The position numbers and the translations under genes were made by a program. Shown piece by piece: positions 10,530-25,799 of a stretch of DNA of 64,000 nucleotides (the first letter of the stretch is position 1; every line of letters begins with the position of its first letter). The DNA is from Octopus sinensis (Eukaryota). The DNA lies in contig NC_043004.1 of NCBI RefSeq assembly GCF_006345805.1, forward strand, positions 8,122,001 through 8,186,000, written 5' to 3'. The notes under the pieces are model-generated. The model saw nothing but the letters and a program-made list of their open reading frames with translations, was not told the origin of the DNA and did no database searches.

Positions 10530-11275
10530 TTCACCTTTGATCATATCAGGCTATGGTCAGACCAACACTCCTCCATGGAGAAAGGATGTGTTACTTGGAC
10601 ATCTTCCTTCATGGAAGACATCATAATTATGTAATCAATGAGGTGATAATGGTTTGATCGGGGTTGGAAAACAATATTGGTAATCAAAAGTCTATATTCC
10701 CTGCAAAGTGATGGCAGCAGATGACCGTTTGAAATTACCATGTCAACCCCATGCTTACGTATTACGTGACCCCGTATGGATGTGTCACATCCTACACGTG
10801 TATTGAAATCACCAAGGTGGAGAAGTTTATCATGGATGGAGACACCTCTCAATTGGTTACGTACTTCAGCGGAGAACCTCTCTTTACTTCATTTGAGTTC
10901 ATGGTTGGAGCGCAGCAGCTCTGAAACTAGTTGCATCTTTCGTTTTGCCAATGCAGATGCACAATGACACGAGTCTTTCACTAATGTCAATGTGCAAAGA
11001 TTCAAGTTGCTTCACCAGGTCATCCTGAATAGCAAACCCAACGCCTGCCTCTTTATTTACTTCTTGGGGCCTACCCATCCAGAAAAGAGTGTGTGTATCC
11101 ACCATCAACTTCCTGTTGCTGACCACAGTCCGCTAATCCGGTTTCGGAAAGAGCTGCTATTCACATGTTTTTTTTTTCTTTCAAGACAAGGGCAAAGTGG
11201 TCCGACGTTCTATATTTTTCTTGCTGTCCCGAAGAGTTCTCACATTCCAAGATTCTTCTTTATTGCATCTTGGAA
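10530..11275 (-). mobile_element. Decayed RTE-clade LINE, APE endonuclease domain
   Basis: Minus-strand motifs SWNVRTL, EAGVGFAI, LGDFNTRVG, NGHLL, HLIDYII and WSDH across frameshifts. Confidence 0.8.
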
Positions 11276-13844
11276 TATATATTATTAACACACACACACA
11301 CACAGACAGACAGACACACACACACACACACAAATGCATATACACACACACATAAATACATACACATATATGCATACACACACATGTATGTATATATATA
11401 TATATTTGTATGTGTGCATTGATGCAAATACACACACAAGTTAATCTGGCTGTTTACTGATGTTAATACATCAATTTGCTTCATATTAGAAAAATAAGAT
11501 GGTTGTTTGGTTGTTTCGTTGGATACAAAAGTAAGAAAGAACAGAGCGACTTTGATTTCCCATAAATGTTGCTACATAAAGGCAAACATGTTTATACAAC
11601 ACATGGTGCATAACGAATAATTAATTCGAGAAACAGCTTTACTGATTTCGTATTTTATTCTTGTCTTTTATTTATATTTTTGGCAGAAAGGAAACTACAG
11701 TGTTTGACTGAAGTTAAAATCTCTTTACAAATGTTGTGCTCTGACCTTGAACAGGTTAGCAAACCGTAGATTTTTAATTAGATTAGAGGGTTACACTATA
11801 AAAAGAACTATGTTGTTTACACCAAGATAGATTTTGAAAAGGCTCATATCCCTGTTTCAGGCCAAGGGTATGTATGGGTGGGGAAACTTTGGTAAATGAA
11901 TTTACTTTTTTATAAATAGTCCTAGAATATTCGTATTTTGCTCTGTATTTTTAAGTACATTTCCTGTACCGAACACAGCATAAAGCCATAATTCACACAT
12001 AGGTTATGTGTATTTAATATTGATTACTAAAATATTTAATAAGTAGTTCTGACATAGGGTTTACATTTCATTCTGAACTGGGTTAATTACCAGTCGAACT
12101 GGGGTCAATATTGAACACCTGGTCTGGATCTGTTAGCAGTTTAACACGGGCCTGTGTTACCCTTCCTTGTATATTACTGTACTGATTGAGAAGATTAGAC
12201 ATCTCTTAATAAATTCAGCCAAGGATTTGCAGAGATATTTTGAGATAAAGAGCAGAGAAGGCGATCGAATTAATTAATACACATAATGTTCTTATAATTT
12301 ATTTGTTTTGTTGAAATAAAGAGCTGCTTAAATTTCTGTGATGGTGAGCAATATCATATATTATGTCGGTTTTATATCACCGGAGATTTCATGTTTAGTC
12401 GGTGTGGCCAAACTAGTAGCTCTTAGCCCCCACTTTCACAAAATTGCGTTTTAAAAGTGTCCATGTTACAAGTTTTGAAAAAAAAAAAGCTAATTTCTAT
12501 TTTTCTGATACTATGACCATTCAGCAGTTATCACTTTTTAGATGTTTGCGTAGGCAAATGCCCCTTGTGTTACATCTTTTATGGAAATTACTAACGGAAG
12601 CGAGGACTTATATAATGAAATTATACTGGACCATGATGCACCGTCCATCATATTTTAAGATCATTGACAACACAATATCCACGTGTCCTCGATGTGACAT
12701 CAGTTTAATATTTTCAAGAACTAAATTAGCAACGATACACAAATATACGCCAGGAGATTTTTGGATGAATAACACTTATGGATTAAAGATATGGTTAAGT
12801 GAGACAAATCAACATCTAATTTATTAAAATATAACTTAATTAATTCAGTAACAGAATTAATATAAATTTTGCCTTGTTTAAAAAATAATTCTAGACGAGT
12901 AAGATCTAGAAACAACATGCTGGATCACAATTTAGATTTTACGTGTGCGTGTGTGTGTGTGCTTGAATGTATATATGTATATGTCTATATACAATGTACA
13001 TATGTGTGTGAGTGTGATTGTGTATGTGTGTCTGCGTGCACGCATGTGTATGTAGGCGCAATATAACCGAACGATTAAGGTGTTCGATTTTTAACCATGG
13101 AGCCCCTGGGTGGATCCCACTGTGCTGCATCTTGGACTGATGTTCTTCTCTATAGTTTCGGTTCGACTCGTATGTTGCGGATGAAACCGGTTTGACGAAG
13201 ACTGCAGAGAAGCCCACGGAATGTAATTCAAAAGGCACAACTTTGTCACGTGTTGTGTCACGCTGATTCTGCCCGACGATTATATTTAATGGCGCATGCG
13301 TCTGTGGATGCTCAGCAGCTTACGTGTTAATTCAAAGGCAGACAACTCAGTTGCCCGAAAAACTGAATCGTCCTCGTCAAACGACGGAGATCCACGCATC
13401 TATGTATTCATACATGCACACACGCATGCACACAGACACGCATAAAATGTCATGCACGCTACCTGATACCTCGGGTTTCCTGTCTGGGGAATTGGTCTTC
13501 TAACATTCTTTCAGTCAGTAAGAAATTTGATTGTAAAGACTGCCAAAAAATGTCTGACTGCACCACAAATCACGTTTAAGAAGAAATGTTACGATTTTGG
13601 CCTCGTTTCAAGGCGTAATATTAACTCTATTAATTGTTCAAGCAAAGATCAAATTGGCGCTGGTCTCTATTGAACCAATCATACTATTAATAACAGTTTA
13701 TACCTCATAAAACATTAATTATCTCGCGATGCATATTGGGCAATGAGTCGAATGCGGAACGTTTATGAAATAATATTTTCAGCATTTTAAGTCATCTCTT
13801 CTCAGATTTATATATATATGTATGCATATGTATATATGTATATG

Positions 13845-13950
<106 letters not shown>

Positions 13951-14059
13951 CATATATGCATATATGTATTTTTGTATATATGTATATACTCTTACATATA
14001 TCTTCTTAGATATATGAATAAACACATATACACACACTCAAACATATACTTATGTATGT

Positions 14060-14313
14060 ATGAACATATGTATGTAGTATGTATGTATGTAGTATGTATG
14101 TATGTATGTATGTATGTATGTATGTATGTATGTATGTATGCATGTATGTATGCATACAAGCATATATTTCCATTGATATATACACCGTACATATTTATAC
14201 GCGCTTCTATGAACATATGTATGTAGTATGTATGTATGTATGTATGCATGTATGTATGTATACAAGCATATATTTCCATTGATATATACACCGTACATAT
14301 TTGTACGCGCTTC
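14060..14313. repeat. Two-copy tandem unit of (TATG)n plus unique ACAAGCATATATTTCCATTGATATATACACCGTACATATTT segment
   Basis: The unique segment appears at about 14156 and about 14262. Confidence 0.8.
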
Positions 14314-15861
14314 TACGTATATATGTATTTGTTTATATACGCACATGTATGTATATACAAATACGTATGTTGTATATATGAATGGAAGATTGATAAGATA
14401 AATATATACCACACACAAATTCTCACAGATATTTATTCTTTCACGCGCTATATTTTCCCTTTTGTCTCTCTCCTTCTCTCTCTCTTTCACACACACACAC
14501 ACACGCATACTCTTCCACACCCATTATTGTTTACAATATGTAGGATCTGTGATTGCAAGAATTCATGTACGACGTATTAAGTCACAAATCCATGTATGTT
14601 GGTATGTGTCGGTGAATGTTTTCATTAATTGATACACGTATGTGTTTGCCCTTACATACTTACTATCAAATACACAAGGACACGAATACACGATTGAATG
14701 TAGGTATGTGTTGTATTTGCACATGTATGCGATGCATGTCATGTGTATAAGTATGTTTTCGCTCATTAAAAATATTCTTTGTTATCGTCTTAAAGAAAAG
14801 AGTTATTTTCTGAGAAACTGAAGCACTGAAAAATTACAGAACGGTGTAGAGTTCTGTTAACCTTCAGAAAATCCAGCATATTTTGACTATTCCACAGATT
14901 GAATGTACGGAGAATTGTGTTAGAGTTTTCGATTGCATCACAAAAAAAAATGCACCAATGGTTACAGGAAATTCTGTAAACTGATAATCATGTTCATATG
15001 TAGTTACGCATGTATGTATGTATGTATGTATGTATGTATGTATGTATGTATGTATGTATGTATGTATGTATGCATGTATGTCTGTATGTATGTATGTATG
15101 TATGTATGTATGTATGTATGTATGTATGTATGTATGTGTGTATGTATGTGCAGATTTGTATATTTTATATGTGTATTCTTACGCATATATTTGCATATCT
15201 AGTCATGCTCATATATATTTAAATGATAAACTTTTGCAAAGTTTTGCAGATTTTTACAGTTCCAGTGTTGGAATGGATCTGTAGTCTTCGAATCAGCTCT
15301 CTCCTTTCTGGTTTTGAGAAGCCAATTTCTCAAGATTGGCATTTAGGCAGTGTACTACATATCCCACGACCCCAATATTTACAGGTATAAACTTGAATTT
15401 GTAATCTCTATGTATGTATGTATGTATGTATGTATGTATGTATGTATGTATGTATATGTATGTGTGTATACGTGTGTGTGTATACGTGTGTATGAGTGTG
15501 TGTCTGTGTGTATGTGTGTGCGTGTCTGTGTCTGCCAGTATGTGTGTGTGTGTGTGTGTGTTTCTATGCTTGTATGCTTTCTTCTTCGCTTTTAATTGTA
15601 AGCAGTAGCCCGCCTGGTGGCGAGGTTGTTCTTTTGTTCATCCTCCTTTAAATTTTATGAAGGTGTTTCAGCTTTTTGTTGCTCCAGATATCGCGATCAT
15701 TTATTTGTAGCGCATGAATGAAGGAGATATATTATTGAACGCCTTCTTCTAATCCGTAGTGTTGTTGTATTCACGTCGAGAAAACATCTCGTGTAGACGT
15801 TCAGTGTTAAAAAAAACATGGAAATATATGAGCCGCAAAGGAAGATTGTACAGCAGTGGCG

Positions 15862-15891
15862 TAGAAGCAGAAATCCGGATTTCTGCTTCTA
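15862..15891. repeat. 30-bp perfect palindrome without loop
   Basis: TAGAAGCAGAAATCC|GGATTTCTGCTTCTA. Confidence 0.95.
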
Positions 15892-17271
15892 TGAACTTCT
15901 TCAACAGCAGGGCATTGCGTGTGAAGCGAGACTCTGCCGCCAGACGATTTAGTTAAACTGTGGCTGATATTCTGTCCTAAGGGATATTCACGAAGAAAGG
16001 GAAATCGAAATGTCGCCAATGAAGAATCGAAATTTGCTTGTGAAGTCATATTGTCGTGGACTTATCTCCGCTGGATTGCGTTCTTCACATGAAGTAAATA
16101 AAATAGACAGGTGCTAGAAAGAGTAGATAAATCTTCCTCATATCACATTTTATAAAAAGGAATAAGATATTGGATAATGTTTTTTTAGATATACTGTAAG
16201 AGAATAGAAGACAACAAAACGGGACGTTGGCAGCCGGACATTTTGGTCTTTTGTATATTAGCCGAGGATTGACAATAGACTAAATAACATCAGGAGAATT
16301 GAACTCAGCACCAAGAGCTCACAAAACCTTAATCAATGTTGATTTCTGGTGCTATTGATATCGATCAGATGTACCCTGCTATATATTTTACTCATTGAGA
16401 CAGACTGGGTCACAGAAGATGAATTTATATGCAATGTTATTACAAGTTCGAATATGCCAGCAGCACGTCCGGACGAACCCGAAATTCATTTATATATTTC
16501 GGTATTGAGCAGATTAGAGTGCAAGTAGATACAGATTCTTCGGGTGGCAGCGTTGCAGACATTCGACTTAGTCACAAGTTACTCTGACGGGAATAAATAT
16601 ATCAATAATATGGAATTACCAAAATATTTGCCAGTCACACAACTGAGTAGAAGTGGTGCGGTCATCCGATACCAAATTCTCATTACTCATAGCTGTAAAG
16701 AAACACAAAGAGACACAAGAGAGACTCCCGACACACTTTGATAAAGAGGGTTTTTACCTCTCCGTTAGTTGCCCTCACAGATTTCGAATAAATTATTCTG
16801 TTTTCTTTTTAAGGTTAATTTATATTGTTGACCTTTCACGGTTTCTCCACTCAGTTATATATTGTTTTATTCTCACCTAATTTGAAATCACTTATGTGAT
16901 ACATGTTAAATTTTGGTCGCTGATATAAAGTTTAATCTCTTGTGAGTTCGAAGTGAAGTTAAAGAGCTGATCACATTTGTCATTAGCTAAAAACCTAATT
17001 TTTCGGTAGAGAAGGTTCGTGGTCTAGCGCTATTTTGTCAAAACACATAACTTATAACACCGGCTTTTAGTGGGATCCGCCCATCTTCATATATAAAAGT
17101 AACTGTAGGTATAGCCCAAGCTGTAGCAAACAGTTACGCACCTACGTAACTAAAATTTTACATAGCAACACATTTTTTTAAAGGAAAAGGTTATTGGCCG
17201 TGTGATTTGTTCTGTTTTAACTTCATACAAATAAAAAGTATAATTCTGTATTCTCCAATGCACAGGACAAA

Positions 17272-17660
17272 CAGGCGCAGGAGTGGCTGTGTGGTAAAGT
17301 AGCTTGTTTACCAACCACATAGTTCCGGGTTCAGTCCCACTGTGTGGCACCTTGAGCAAGTGTATACTACTATAGCCTCAGGCCGCTCAAAGCGTTGTCA
17401 GTGGATTTGATAGAGGAAACTGAAAGAAGCCGGTCGTATATATATGTGTGTGTGTGTTGGTGTGCTTGTGTTTGTACTTCCACCATCGCTTGATAACCGA
17501 TGCTGGTGTGTTTACGTCCACGTAACTCAGTGGTTCGGCAAAAGAGACCTATGGAATAAATACTAGGCTTACAAAGAATAAGTCCTGGAGTTAATTTGTT
17601 CAACTAAAGGCGGTGCTCCAGCATGGCCACAGTCAAATGACTGAAACAAATAAAAGAATC
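17272..17660 (+). mobile_element. SINE family B, near full length
   Basis: tRNA-like head, internal (TG)n, 3' GGCGGTGCTCCAGCATGGCCACAGTCAAATGACTGAAAC. Confidence 0.85.
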
Positions 17661-18204
17661 AGAATTTACCAACTAAGAATAAACAAATTAGAGTACTTAC
17701 GTAAAGTTCTAGAGTACTTTAAAAAAATCATGTTTTCCAAGAAAAATTACAAAAATTTCGTAAGAGTAAATTATTAGTCTTGGCTGTTTGTTTACTTGTT
17801 TTCTTTTTCCTTTTACGAATCCCTCCTTAAATCATCTCGGGTGCTTCGATGCAACGATTCTAAAGAATGTCAGCATCGTTTTTAAAGCTGTTTCACCAAA
17901 ATATAGTGAATATATGTAATCCTATTTTCAGAATAATAAAGCGGGTTACGGGGTCAGGGTTTTGAACATGGAAAAGAATATATCTTCGAATTGTTTCCTT
18001 TTCCCCATGAATTGTTGTTTAGCCTCATCTACATTTATGATTTTCCTCACTCTGTCTGTTGGTCTCTCTTCTTCACTATGTGTGTGTGTGTGTGTACACC
18101 AGTCAATTCTATTATTAGTGAGCAGTCGAACAAAGTCAACATCACCCATAAAAAAATCTGAAATTTTAAATGTATTTTAATTTGGGTTTTAAGTGAATGA
18201 ATCA

Positions 18205-18485
18205 ACATAGAAAGATAGATAGATAAATACATTGATAGATAGATAAATAGATAGATGATAGAGAGATAGATAGATAGAGATAGATAGGAAGATAGATAGA
18301 GAGATAGATAGGTAGAGAGATAGGTAGGTAGGTAGATAGGTAGGTAGAAAGATAAATTGATAGATAGATAGATAGATAGGTAGACAAACAAACAGACAAA
18401 TAGATAGATAGATAGACAGATAGATAGATTGGTAGGTAGATAGATAGACAGAAGGATTGATAGATAGATATAGATAGATAGATAT

Positions 18486-18540
<55 letters not shown>

Positions 18541-18560
18541 GATAGATAGATAGATAGGCA
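18205..18560. repeat. (GATA)n compound microsatellite
   Basis: Direct inspection. Confidence 0.95.
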
Positions 18561-18862
18561 GGAAGTTAAGAGAGGGCAAACAAGCACTACTTTGGTTGGT
18601 TAGGTAAGAGGGTCAGGGCGAGAGTACGCTAGGAGTAGAGTCTATGGGTGATATGAATGAGGCTTGCAATAGTCTAGGATCAATCAGAGACGGTCGTCCC
18701 GTGGTAAGTGAGGCGTTAAATATTAACCTCTCAACATAAGGATCACATTACAAAGTCAACACATGGCATGAAGGAAAGAATTGATGATCCCAAGAACTAT
18801 ACAAGAAATGCACACGCATACACATACGTACACATACACACGCACGCACACACATATATGTA

Positions 18863-18920
<58 letters not shown>

Positions 18921-19744
18921 GAATATATGTATAAACATATGTAAATAGACATGTATATGTATAAAAACGTACTTATGTGTGTGTGTATATATATATATAT
19001 AACTTTCTGTAGAAACATGTATATACATATATATATATGCATGTACGATTATACATATACTTATGCATACATACATACATACATACACACATACATACAT
19101 ACATACATACATACGTACATACATACATACATACATACATTCATACATACGTGCAAGCATATATGTGAATATATATATACATATATACATATACATACAT
19201 ATATATGTATATATATATATATATATATACACGTATGTATACGTGTATACACATAAAAAAATCGCGCGTGCACATGACGCCACACACAATATAGTAGAAT
19301 GTTTAAGCGTCTGACAACCCCCAACCACGAGGTCACAGTTTCGATCCCATTGCATGGCATTTTCAGACAAATGTCATCTTTTATAACCTAGAATAAACCC
19401 TACCCCAAGAGTGAAATTAGGGAGACAAAAACTTTATAGAAGCCCGTTGGGTGGATTGAACTCGTGATTCAAATGGTGCAACCTTCTTACACGCGGTTAT
19501 TAAACCGATTCTAACTATGAGTTGCGTTAAGGATACATATAATCGTGGAATACCCAGCCATTTAGACGCTATCAGAAAAGTCATTTATATTCATTTTTTC
19601 ATCCAAATATCGTTTTTCGATTTTTGTCTTCAGAATTAATTAGATTCCGAAACAATTTGTAGAATGTCTATTGGATCCGTACCAACTTGGATTACGAATT
19701 AAAGGTCGTCTACACCTCCAATTTTTCCTCTCCTTATATTTCGT

Positions 19745-19968
19745 TTATTGTTTTTATTTGTTTCAGTCATTTGACTGCGACCATGCTGGAGCACCACATT
19801 TAGTCGAACAAATCGATCCCAGGATTTATTCTTTGTAAGTCTAGTACTTATTTTATCGGCCTCTCTTGCCGAGCCGCTAAGTGACGGGGACGTAAACACA
19901 CCAGCATCGGTTGTCAAGCGATGTTGGAGTGAGGGGCAAACACAGACGCACAAGCATATACATGCACG

Positions 19969-20002
<34 letters not shown>

Positions 20003-20142
20003 ACACACACACATACATACATATACGACGGGCTTCTTTCAGTTTCCGTCTACCAAATCCACTCAAGGTGCCATACAGTAGAACTGAACCCGGAACCATG
20101 TGGTTGGTAAGCAAGTTACTTACCACACAGCCAAACCTGCAC
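19745..20142 (-). mobile_element. SINE family B with internal deletion
   Basis: Reverse-complement 3' end (TTTCAGTCATTTGACTGCG...) through head (TACCACACAGCCA). Confidence 0.85.
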
Positions 20143-20648
20143 CTATTGTTTTTGCAGATACTGACTATATATTTTTACATATATTCTATTTACTTAGACT
20201 GTTCTGGCGGACCTGGATGTTTGGCATCCCTTTGAAGGATTTCGGTCCTCAACTCTTTTATACACACACATACACACACAGATACACACACACACGCACA
20301 CACACACACACACACCACACACACACACATGTACATACACACATGCATATATAATCATACGTTGGGTGTGATACACAGATGGTTATTTTAATCTAATACT
20401 GCTTCTGTTGCTTATAATGGATGTATACGCACACACACACACACGAACATACGCACGAACACACACACACACACACACAATCACACACACACACACACAC
20501 ATACACACACACCTGTGTGTGAGTGATACCACCGGAAGAATTTGATAGGATCTGAAACAACTTTCTTATGACTGAACAAACTTGTAATCATTTAAGAGAA
20601 CATCAGTGGACCTGCGTTCGGGGATACAGATTAGGTTTTGTATTATCG

Positions 20649-20723
<75 letters not shown>

Positions 20724-21526
20724 AATAGAAACTAATAAATAAAGATTAGTGAATTAGACACATCACAAGATATTCGTTTCTGAATACTTTGATTGATTTC
20801 GTGAAACGGAATTTTATCTCTTGTACTAATTTCTAGAATTTGGGTGGATGGGTGGGGCAGTAGGAAGTGTTCAGTTGAAGAATGGGTTCCTTCAATCTTG
20901 TAACAATCTAAATAATGCTGCACGGTTCGCTTCCGTTCAAAGTTTACTTCGGTCCTCTCTTGTTTCACTTTGACTTTATTAACCGAGCTTTGGCCGCTGA
21001 CAGATGTTTTAAACTAGACGTATTGCAAAAACAAACGCGGTGGCCCCTGCATGGTCATTAGATCTTCTTGGAAAAGAAGCGAAGTTGTCTTCAGATCATG
21101 CGCCATTGCTTCGCTAAGCGACAGACACAATTTGAAAGATATCGCTTAACGATGTCCTGTTTAACGATACACTGCTTTTAACTTAATATTTTTTTTTATC
21201 TTTTCAATTCGTTTTCATTGAGTGGACCACGGCTAAGATGGAGCACCGCTCTGAAGGATTTAGCCAAACCAATCGGTCCGTTTTGTCGATAAACAACGCA
21301 ACAACGGTTGTTAAGTAGCGGTGGTGGACAGACACATACTGAAAGGCAGACACACACAAACAGATACACGCACACACATACACACACACACATACACGCA
21401 GAAATTCGACGGATTCCGTAAGTGATGGTCTTGGCGGGATTTGAGCTCAGAGAGCAGCTGACCAAAACATTTTACGAGGAACTCTATCCGATGCTCTGGC
21501 GTTCTGTCGGTGTTCATCTGATGACA

Positions 21527-21965
21527 TCCATCCATCTATGCATCCACCCATCCGTCCATCCACCCATCCACCTATCAACCCATCCATCTATCCATCTATC
21601 CATCCACCTGCCCATCCATCCGTCCATCCCACCCATCTACTCATCCATCCATCCATCCACCCATCCGTTCACCCATCCATCCAACTAGCCATCCATCCAC
21701 CCATCCATCCATCCATCCATCCATCCATCCATCCATCCACCCAAATCCATCCATCCATCCATCCATTCATCCATCTATCCATCCATCCACCTATCCATCC
21801 ATCCATCCACCCATCCATCCATTCATTCATCCATCCACCTATCCATCCATCCACCAATCCACCCATTCACCTATCAACCCATCCGTCCATCCATCCATCC
21901 ATCCATCCATCCATCCATCCATCCATCCATCCATCTATCCATACAACCATCCATCCATTCATTCA
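21527..21965. repeat. (TCCA)n degenerate microsatellite
   Basis: Direct inspection. Confidence 0.95.
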
Positions 21966-22270
21966 TTGATTCATTTCCTCTCCCCAATAGTCTTGTGAGA
22001 GTCGCCCCCAGCCTTGCCCCGAGGCATCTCTCTCATATGTTCCACTCAGAAGAATCTCTCATTACAATTTCCAAAAGTGACCATCCAACATTCTGCTCAT
22101 TCCCCAACCATCTCATTCTTGCTCTCCTTTTGGTTGATTCGCCTTCAAGAATCCGTCTTGCGAGTCTTTGTTCTGCCTCACACTAATCACACACCCCTAG
22201 CACTGGAGGCTGGGACCTCTCAATGCAGATACTCCTTCATCTCCGTACCCAGTCGGGGTAATGATAGAAA

Positions 22271-22320
<50 letters not shown>

Positions 22321-22699
22321 ATGTGGTGAAACGACAGAAACTGCGTTGAAAGGTCGGCTTAGAAGCATCACCACGGACAGTCAGGTAATACAAATTCTTG
22401 AAGTAAGTTTTGCGTCGTTAGAATTTCTCCAGCTTCATGGAGCTGGTACCATTAGGATTTACAGATAACAAAAGAGGTGAGATGGCAAGAATACAAGAGT
22501 ATTGAAGTGCATGTCTGGGTGTATTTAGTTATATCATTTTTATTTTTCTGAGTTCTAATCCTATCAAAGTCTATCAAATCATTCACTTTGCTACAATCGA
22601 TCAAATAAACGGCATTTAAACTTTGGAATAATTAAAATAGACTAAATCCGACTTTTTCGAAACCTGTCCCATCTTTTACCAAAATTTGAAATAATTACA

Positions 22700-22870
22700 A
22701 ATTTTGGCACAATCTCAGCAATTTCAGGAGAAGGAGAAGTTGATTCCATTGATCACCATTATTCAACTGGTACTTATTTTATCGACGCTGAAAGAATGAA
22801 AGTCGACCTCGGTGGAATTTGAACTCAAGCGTTTCGCTCGGCGTGCAAACGCTTCTGCCAGCCCGCTACT
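22700..22870 (-). mobile_element. SINE family A, decayed
   Basis: CTGGTACTTATTTTATCGAC...GTCGACCTCGGTGGAATTTGAACTC...TTCTGCCAGC. Confidence 0.7.
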
Positions 22871-23399
22871 TCATGTCTCTCTTAATAATACGCCACAAAT
22901 TTATGGAACAAAAGATCAGGTTCGAATATGACCTTAAGTCATAAAAAAATAACGCTTATCTCTGCTAAATCTGGACTCGCAAATAAAGAAACGTAATTAA
23001 AGATGCTAATATTTTTATTCGATGATCCACCGTTTGAGCCACTCTGTCAGCTGTAGTATTTTTATAACCAGCTCGGAAAAGTATTAGAGAAACAGGAACA
23101 GGGCAACATTGGGTTAAATAAATTATTTTCAATTTGACAATTTCATGTCTGTGTTTAAATTGTGTAAGGGTTAACTCATTTTCTTTTAAAGAGGTTGATT
23201 AAAAATGTAATTGGTATGTACTGAGATCAGTTTAATCGATAATGATCCTTCTCACCAAATTTATTATTTCGTATCAATAAAGGAAATCGTTATTGGAATT
23301 AATCTCAGAAACATGAAAAGAAGCCGTCGCAGAGAAAATAACTTGGAATATTTGTGTTCCAACTTTTAACACTTCTCTCTAGTTTTATTTCTTGCCTTC

Positions 23400-23444
23400 T
23401 TCCTTCCTTTCTTTTCTTTCTTTCTTTCTTTTCTTTCTTTCTTT

Positions 23445-23500
<56 letters not shown>

Positions 23501-23565
23501 TTCTTTCTTTCTTTCATTCTTCTCTTCTTTCTCTCTTTCTTTCTTTCTTCCCTTCTTCTTCCTTC

Positions 23566-23619
<54 letters not shown>

Positions 23620-23620
23620 A
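23400..23620. repeat. (TTTC)n microsatellite
   Basis: Direct inspection. Confidence 0.95.
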
Positions 23621-23978
23621 TTTTCTTATCTCATTTTTTTTTTTGCCCAACTTCTTTCGTTTATTCTTTCATTCTTTTTCGCACTTGATTCCAATCTATT
23701 ATCGTGTCTTAGTGAAATGATGAGCATGAAAAAAAAGCAAAAAAACCCAACAAAAACAAAAAAAAACGATAATTACAATAAAATCAAAACAAAGAAAAAA
23801 AAAGCAAGCAAAAAGCCTCCCCTCCCACCTCCCCAAATCTTTCCCATTCCACACTTCACGTTAGAACACACATAAACTGTGGACAATTTTAACAAACAAT
23901 TATTATCTTTTAATACTTTCGGTTTGAAGGAAGGACCATCTAGTTAGACCTTTGCCGTATCTCAATTATAAGACCATT

Positions 23979-24013
<35 letters not shown>

Positions 24014-24759
24014 TCATTATTATTATTATTATTATTCCTTTATTCTTTTTATATATTATTTCTTTATTCTTTTTATAAATCAGGAATTTTAGATGAAGAA
24101 AAGTCACGAATTGAATGAACCGAAATCCTACGGAACCACAACGAAAACAACAGACAAAAAAAATAATTAAAAAAAACCTTCTAAGATTAACCATCGGCTG
24201 GTGGTGTCCTTTAATGTTTGAAAATTACAGATGCTATCTTATTCCTTTGATCTAGTGGAGATGAAACCCCGCGCCGCCCTCCGTCCCGATAAAATATGCA
24301 CAGACGCTGTCCATTGATAGCATCACGTAGGAATTTTCTACCCCTCCTCTCACTTTCACACCCACTTAGGCACCTACACATGCAATCATACCCACCTTCG
24401 TCACCCGCCCCACCACACGTAAATGCTTAAATATACACATACACAGGATACACCAGGCAATACATAGAAACATATATACACCCACACACAACTTACTTTA
24501 AACGTGCAAACACACTAATACACACACACACACACATAGATAGACTTAAATACATACACAAACACATAGACACCCTCACTCTTACACTCTTACACGCAGA
24601 CATGTGTAGAGGGACGTTTGTTCTTTCGCCAATTCCAAGCGTTCTTACTAGTTTCCTGGTTCGTCTTTTCTCTCTCTCTCTCTCTCTCTTTTACCAAAAC
24701 ACCTGAAACTACTTGTAACAGTGTCTGTTTGTCATCATCGTCTTCTACAAGCTGACGAT

Positions 24760-25200
24760 TGTTCGCATCATCATCATCATCAACACAACCAGTCACACAA
24801 GCATTTTCATTATCTCCCCCCTCCTCCTCCGCTTGTCCATCGCCGCCGCCGACCTCGTCGTTATAATTAACAACTATCAACGTCATCATAACCCCTCAAT
24901 ACCTCCACCTTCACCGCCACCACAACCGCCACCATCGTCATCATCATCATCACCACCAGTAGCATCGCCTTGGCTGTCGTTATTATCAGCATCATCACAA
25001 TCACTGCAATCATTCATAATCATCATCATCATCATCATCATCAACTCCATCTCCATCATCAATAGTGCAATCATTGTCATCACCATCACCATCATCGTCG
25101 TTGTCGTCATCGTTCTCTCAGCCTCCTCCTCCACCACCACAACCACCACCACCACCACCTCATCCTTCTTCACCTCCTCATCGTCATCGTCTATTGTCAT
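24760..25200. repeat. (CAT)/(CAC)/(CGT) trinucleotide low-complexity tract
   Basis: Direct inspection; source of the poly-I/T/M/D ORFs. Confidence 0.9.
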
Positions 25201-25221
25201 TTCAATATTTAGGACTCTAAG

Positions 25222-25455
25222 AAGGTGGCGAGCTGGCAGAACCGTTAGCACGCCGGACGAAATGTTTAGCGGTATTTCGTCTGCTGCTGCGTTCTGAGTT
25301 CAAATTCCGCCGAGGTCGACTTTACCTTTCATTCTTTCGGGGTCGATAAATTAAGTACCAGTCACACACTGGGGTTGATATAATCGACTTAATCCGTTTG
25401 TCTGTCCTTGTTTGTCCCCTCTGTGTTTAGCCCCTTCTGGGCAATAAAGACATAG
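25222..25455 (+). mobile_element. SINE family A, full head
   Basis: GGCGAGCTGGCAGAACCGTTAG A-box-like and GAGTTCAAATTCC B-box-like, followed by the family body. Confidence 0.85.
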
Positions 25456-25799
25456 GCATTCCATCTGTTTGAGTTTGGATTTATTGGCAATTATTATTGG
25501 AGTGCGTCTGTATAGTAAGTGCAAGTTTCTATTGACTGTTTTTGTGTTATTTCTTGTTATAATTATTTGTGTGATAGTCTTCGTTCGCAAACTATCGTGT
25601 GTTTTCCTCTGTGGGGGAGACATTTATTGCTGGCAAGATGCTGAAAAGTGTAACTTCGTCTGGCGAAGAGTCGTCAACCGACAGGGAGGCAAAAAAGATT
25701 GAAAGTTTAATATTTGGCGATATTTCGGATTCTTGTGAAAGTGAATTTCCCCAACCATCAATGTGTACTGTTGCGCAGAGGAATATTGACGTGGAAAGC

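Noticed and set aside
11560-12900. L1-like RT remnant (IDFEKA, TCPRC)
   Set aside because: Two short motifs without a continuous frame; plausible but unsupported without an HMM search.
19605-19640. Hammerhead on minus (CTGAAGA-CAAAAATC-GAAA)
   Set aside because: Stem II cannot pair and there is no NUH with a stem III.
20525-20575. Decayed hammerhead (CGGAAGA...GAAAC)
   Set aside because: The core is mutated and no stems form.
20730-21100. GIY-YIG endonuclease C-terminus on minus; similar weak PLE hints at 16400-16700 and 39200-39400
   Set aside because: Resemblance is limited to a few residues and no diagnostic motif is intact.
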